Below the pieces are notes generated by a model. The model made no database searches. It saw nothing but the letters and a program-made list of their open reading frames with translations, and was not told where the DNA came from. A stretch of 16,635 bases of DNA, taken from Myxococcales bacterium (GTDB taxonomy: Bacteria > Myxococcota_A > UBA9042). Shown one piece after another: positions 13,746-16,635 of the stretch (positions are counted from its first letter, which is position 1; every line of letters begins with the position of its first letter). Location of the stretch: the NCBI GenBank assembly GCA_037441385.1, contig JBBISH010000132.1:1-16635 (forward strand), in the 5' to 3' direction. A program made the position numbers and the translations under genes.

Positions 13746-13880
13746 GGCCACCCTGCCGGCGCCCACCGCGCGCGCGCCGACCATAGTAGCGCAAATACCG
13801 GCCAGAGACAGGCGGCCGCTTGACGTATGCTGCAAACGCCCGACCATAGACAGGTGGGCCATCGCCCACCGAAGCTGGCC

Positions 13881-15092
13881 ATGCGCAACGTCGTCTTTGT
13901 CGCCCCGTTCCCGATGGATGCAACCTTGCGTTTTGCCAGGGGCATTTCCTCGCTCCAGCAAGTGCGACTGTTGGGCGTGCTGCAGCAGGCTCCCCATCCG
14001 GATGTGAACCCCTTTGACGACATCGCCCTGGTCCGCGACGCCCTGGACCCGAGTGAAATTGCCGAAGCGTGCGAGAATCTTGCCGAAAAATGGGGCTCAC
14101 TGCATCGGCTGACGGGTATCCTGGAACCCTTGCAGGTGCCGCTGGCCGAGGTGCGCGACCAGCTGGGGATCGAGGGGCCCGATGCCGCCACGGCCCGGCG
14201 TTTCCGCGACAAAGCCCTGATGAAGGACACGCTACGCGCGGCGGGAATTCCTTGTGCGCGGCACCAGTTGTGTACGTCTAAGGACCAAGCCGCCGAGCTG
14301 GTGGCCAAGCTGGGCCTACCCGTGGTGTGCAAACCGCCCGAGGGCGCAGGCTGCCGCGGCACCTGGCGGCTGGACACGCAAGAGGATCTGGAGCAGGCGC
14401 TGGGCGAACTGCGACCAACGCCCGAGGCGCCGCTGTTGGTCGAGGAGTTCTTGAAGGGTGACGAGGGGAGCTTCGAGATGGTGGTCTTGGGCGGCAAGGT
14501 GGTAGCCAAGTCCGTGTCGCGCTATCTGCCTGGGCCGCTAGAGGTATTGCGCAACCCCTGGATGCAGTGGGTGTGCTGGTTGCCGCGCCGGCTGCCAAGC
14601 GCCGAATATGGCGACCTGTTCGACCTGGGGCCACAAGTCGTGGAAATCCTGGGGCTGCGCGACGGCATCGCCCACATGGAGTGGTTCCGCCGCGCCGACG
14701 GCAGCCTAGCCGTGGGTGAGGTGGCTGCGCGGCCGCCGGGCGGCCAACTCAGCTTGATGACGGGGCATGTCCACGGCGCCGACATCTACAGGACCTGGGC
14801 CAGGGCGGTAGTCGACGGCGAATTCGACGGTCCGTGGCAAAGGCAAGCCTCTGCCGGGACTGCGTTCTTGCGTGGCCAGGGCCACGGCCGCGTCGTGGCA
14901 GTCGAAGGGCTGCACGAGGTCTACCGTGCCGTGGGCGACATGGTGATCGAGGCGCGCCTGCCGCAGATCGGCCAAGGCAAAAACGACAGCTACGAAGGCG
15001 AGGGCTACGTCGTCATCGAAGACGAAGACGAGGCGCGCGTGCTGACCGGGCTGCGAAGCATCGTCGAGACGATTCGCATTCGCTACGCGTAG
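13881..15092 (+). CDS. ATP-grasp domain protein (carboxylate-amine ligase or L-amino-acid-ligase-like), 403 aa
   Basis: ATG 13881. ATP-grasp motifs FRDKALMK, PVVCKPPEGAG, LVEEFLKGDE, HMEWF, EVAARPPGG. Confidence 0.92.
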   Translation: MRNVVFVAPFPMDATLRFARGISSLQQVRLLGVLQQAPHPDVNPFDDIALVRDALDPSEIAEACENLAEKWGSLHRLTGILEPLQVPLAEVRDQLGIEGPDAATARRFRDKALMKDTLRAAGIPCARHQLCTSKDQAAELVAKLGLPVVCKPPEGAGCRGTWRLDTQEDLEQALGELRPTPEAPLLVEEFLKGDEGSFEMVVLGGKVVAKSVSRYLPGPLEVLRNPWMQWVCWLPRRLPSAEYGDLFDLGPQVVEILGLRDGIAHMEWFRRADGSLAVGEVAARPPGGQLSLMTGHVHGADIYRTWARAVVDGEFDGPWQRQASAGTAFLRGQGHGRVVAVEGLHEVYRAVGDMVIEARLPQIGQGKNDSYEGEGYVVIEDEDEARVLTGLRSIVETIRIRYA

Positions 15093-16252
15093 CGGACGGC
15101 TCGCTCGGCGCCCTGCTCCGCCTGGCCGTCTGCGATGAACTCGGCCACCTGGCCCCACAGCACTTCGAATTGACGGCGCTTGAACCCCGATCCGCAGGTG
15201 ATCCAGTCGTAGTGCGGCGGGTCGTGGCTCGAATCGTCGAAATGGCCGATCAGATCGTGGTGATCGGCGTGGGCCACATGGATCACCTGGCCCCAAAGCT
15301 GGCTGAGGGTGGGCACAAAGCCATCGCTGTGCGACGACTCGGGCATCTCGCCAAAACTCGCGGTAAGCGCCTGCACTTGCTGGGCGTTGGGGAGCGGCAG
15401 GCGGTCGAGCGGCATCCGTGACGTTGCCGCCCACAGGCCCGCATACAGGGCATGACTTGCCTGGGAATAGGCCGACAAGCCCGCCGACACCGTGGTCCCC
15501 ACGCCCGGCGACCGCGCCCGCGCCACGACACACCCGTAGCGCACATCGGGCACGTCGCGCGTGACCGCGTTGAAGGTGGTCATGGCCGGTGGAACCAGCT
15601 GCTGGATAAGCGACTGGTCTTGGTTGACCTCGCGGAAAAACTCGCGAATCTCGCGCTGACGCTCGGCCGAGAAATCGGACAGCAGTTGGTCATAGAGCTG
15701 GTCCATCGGGTCGTCGGCCGACACCTGCCGATCGATCTTGATCAGGACGCCGGCCATTTGCACCAGCGCCGAAATCGGCAGGCGCCCGTAACGCAGCGAG
15801 TAGATCATCGACATCGACAGCAGCCGCAGCAGGCGCGCCCCGGGCACGGTCATGAAGAACGAGGCCAGCGGCGTGCCAAAATGGGGAGTGGCGACCGTGG
15901 TTACGCTGCGCACACGCTGGACCATGGCCTCGGCGGGCAGTTCGGTGGCCAGTGACGCTCCGGCCGAGACCAGCAGACGGCAGTCGAGCCCGCCCGAGCT
16001 GTGGCCCACCAAGTGGATCGGCTCGTCGCCGTCGCCCGCGACCTCGACCATCTGTTCGAGCAGGCGGTGCGCGCGGCGGCGAACCGACGACGTGGGCCAG
16101 GTCTTGACGTTGACGACTTCGGCCTGGATGCCTTGGCGCTCCAAGGCCGCCTGTAGCACTTCGCGCACGTGGGCAAAGTACTTGAGATCACCAAGGTTGG
16201 CGAAGCCGAAAAAGCCGGGTACCAAGAAGATGTATTGCCGCGGACGGGCCAT
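15083..16252 (-). CDS. Alpha/beta hydrolase, triacylglycerol lipase/esterase-like (389 aa)
   Basis: ATG 16252. Oxyanion region LVPGFFG, nucleophile elbow GHSSGG (GxSxG), ATPHFGTPLA, catalytic Asp in SDGFVP and His in ADHHDLIG. No signal peptide. Confidence 0.92.
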   Translation of the reverse strand: MARPRQYIFLVPGFFGFANLGDLKYFAHVREVLQAALERQGIQAEVVNVKTWPTSSVRRRAHRLLEQMVEVAGDGDEPIHLVGHSSGGLDCRLLVSAGASLATELPAEAMVQRVRSVTTVATPHFGTPLASFFMTVPGARLLRLLSMSMIYSLRYGRLPISALVQMAGVLIKIDRQVSADDPMDQLYDQLLSDFSAERQREIREFFREVNQDQSLIQQLVPPAMTTFNAVTRDVPDVRYGCVVARARSPGVGTTVSAGLSAYSQASHALYAGLWAATSRMPLDRLPLPNAQQVQALTASFGEMPESSHSDGFVPTLSQLWGQVIHVAHADHHDLIGHFDDSSHDPPHYDWITCGSGFKRRQFEVLWGQVAEFIADGQAEQGAERAVRYA

Positions 16253-16396
16253 GCAAGACACACTCGATTTGCCGGCGTGGCAGAGCGCGCCGGGGCCCCC
16301 GACTATGGCCCAGGTCGTAGCTTTGGTCCAGCGCACGCCGCGAGGCTGATACCAGTTCCGTCCGAATCGGATCGAAAACTCGGGCAATTCTTCGGG

Positions 16397-16485
16397 CTCG
16401 AACCGGGGTCCCCGCCTGATTCTCGCCGGTTGCAGACCGGGTCAGAGAAGCCGTACAGGCGTGAATCAGACGGGGTTCGTATGAG
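16397..16485. other. Long imperfect intergenic hairpin (structured RNA or palindromic element)
   Basis: ccccgcctgattctcgcc (16410-16427) is complementary at 16 of 18 positions to ggcgtgaatcagacgggg (16458-16475); also cgaacc/ggttcg and an internal ccggt-tgcag-accgg hairpin. Confidence 0.6.
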
Positions 16486-16525
16486 TGGCCAACGTGCGCA
16501 TTTTTTTGCGGCGACCGGTGCCGCC

Positions 16526-16635
16526 AGAATCCACCATCGAAATTCGCGCCGGCCGTCGATTTGGGATGCAAATCAAGGCGCAAGGAGCGGAGCGAGCGGG
16601 ACGACCTAGAGGTCGCCGCAGGGAGAAGGGCCCCG
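16526..16635. mobile_element. Possible left part of a palindromic MITE running off the window
   Basis: AT-rich end agaatccaccatcgaaattc, inverted repeat gatttg-ggatg-caaatc (16558-16574), GCAAATCAAGGCGC segment and hairpin cgacc-taga-ggtcg (16602-16615). The similarity to palindromic MITEs is recalled, not searched. Confidence 0.35.

Noticed and set aside
16390..16410. tRNA-like GGTTCGA on the minus strand
   Set aside because: The T-stem pairs at only 3 of 5 positions and no cloverleaf or acceptor stem can be drawn.
16501..16525. T-run next to a GC hairpin as an intrinsic terminator
   Set aside because: The T-run precedes the hairpin on plus and reads as an A-run after it on minus, so the geometry is wrong on both strands.
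16169..16609. ORFs 16169-16609 (+) and 16188-16583 (-)
   Set aside because: No motifs, they overlap the lipase start, and they cross palindromic non-coding-type sequence.

Overview
GC-rich bacterial window that looks like Myxococcota (inferred from the Cys-rich lipoprotein families). I support 11 CDSs, several with starts downstream of those in the ORF track. Left to right: a large Cys-rich repeat lipoprotein (-, runs off the left edge, absent from the ORF track); a three-gene envelope operon (-) with two DUF4349-type proteins and a small lipoprotein; a divergent Cys-rich beta-propeller lipoprotein (+); an aldehyde dehydrogenase (+); a stand-alone Y1/HUH transposase flanked by 55-bp REP-like inverted repeats; an OmpA/MotB-like lipoprotein (-); an unknown lipoprotein (+); a CrgA-like LysR regulator (-); an ATP-grasp enzyme (+); a lipase-type alpha/beta hydrolase (-); and a highly structured non-coding tail. 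The best candidate for an undescribed system is the DUF4349 operon: its first gene is a fusion whose two halves are repeated as the next two genes, with a palindromic MITE-like insert at their junction. All family assignments come from motif recognition by eye; no searches were run.
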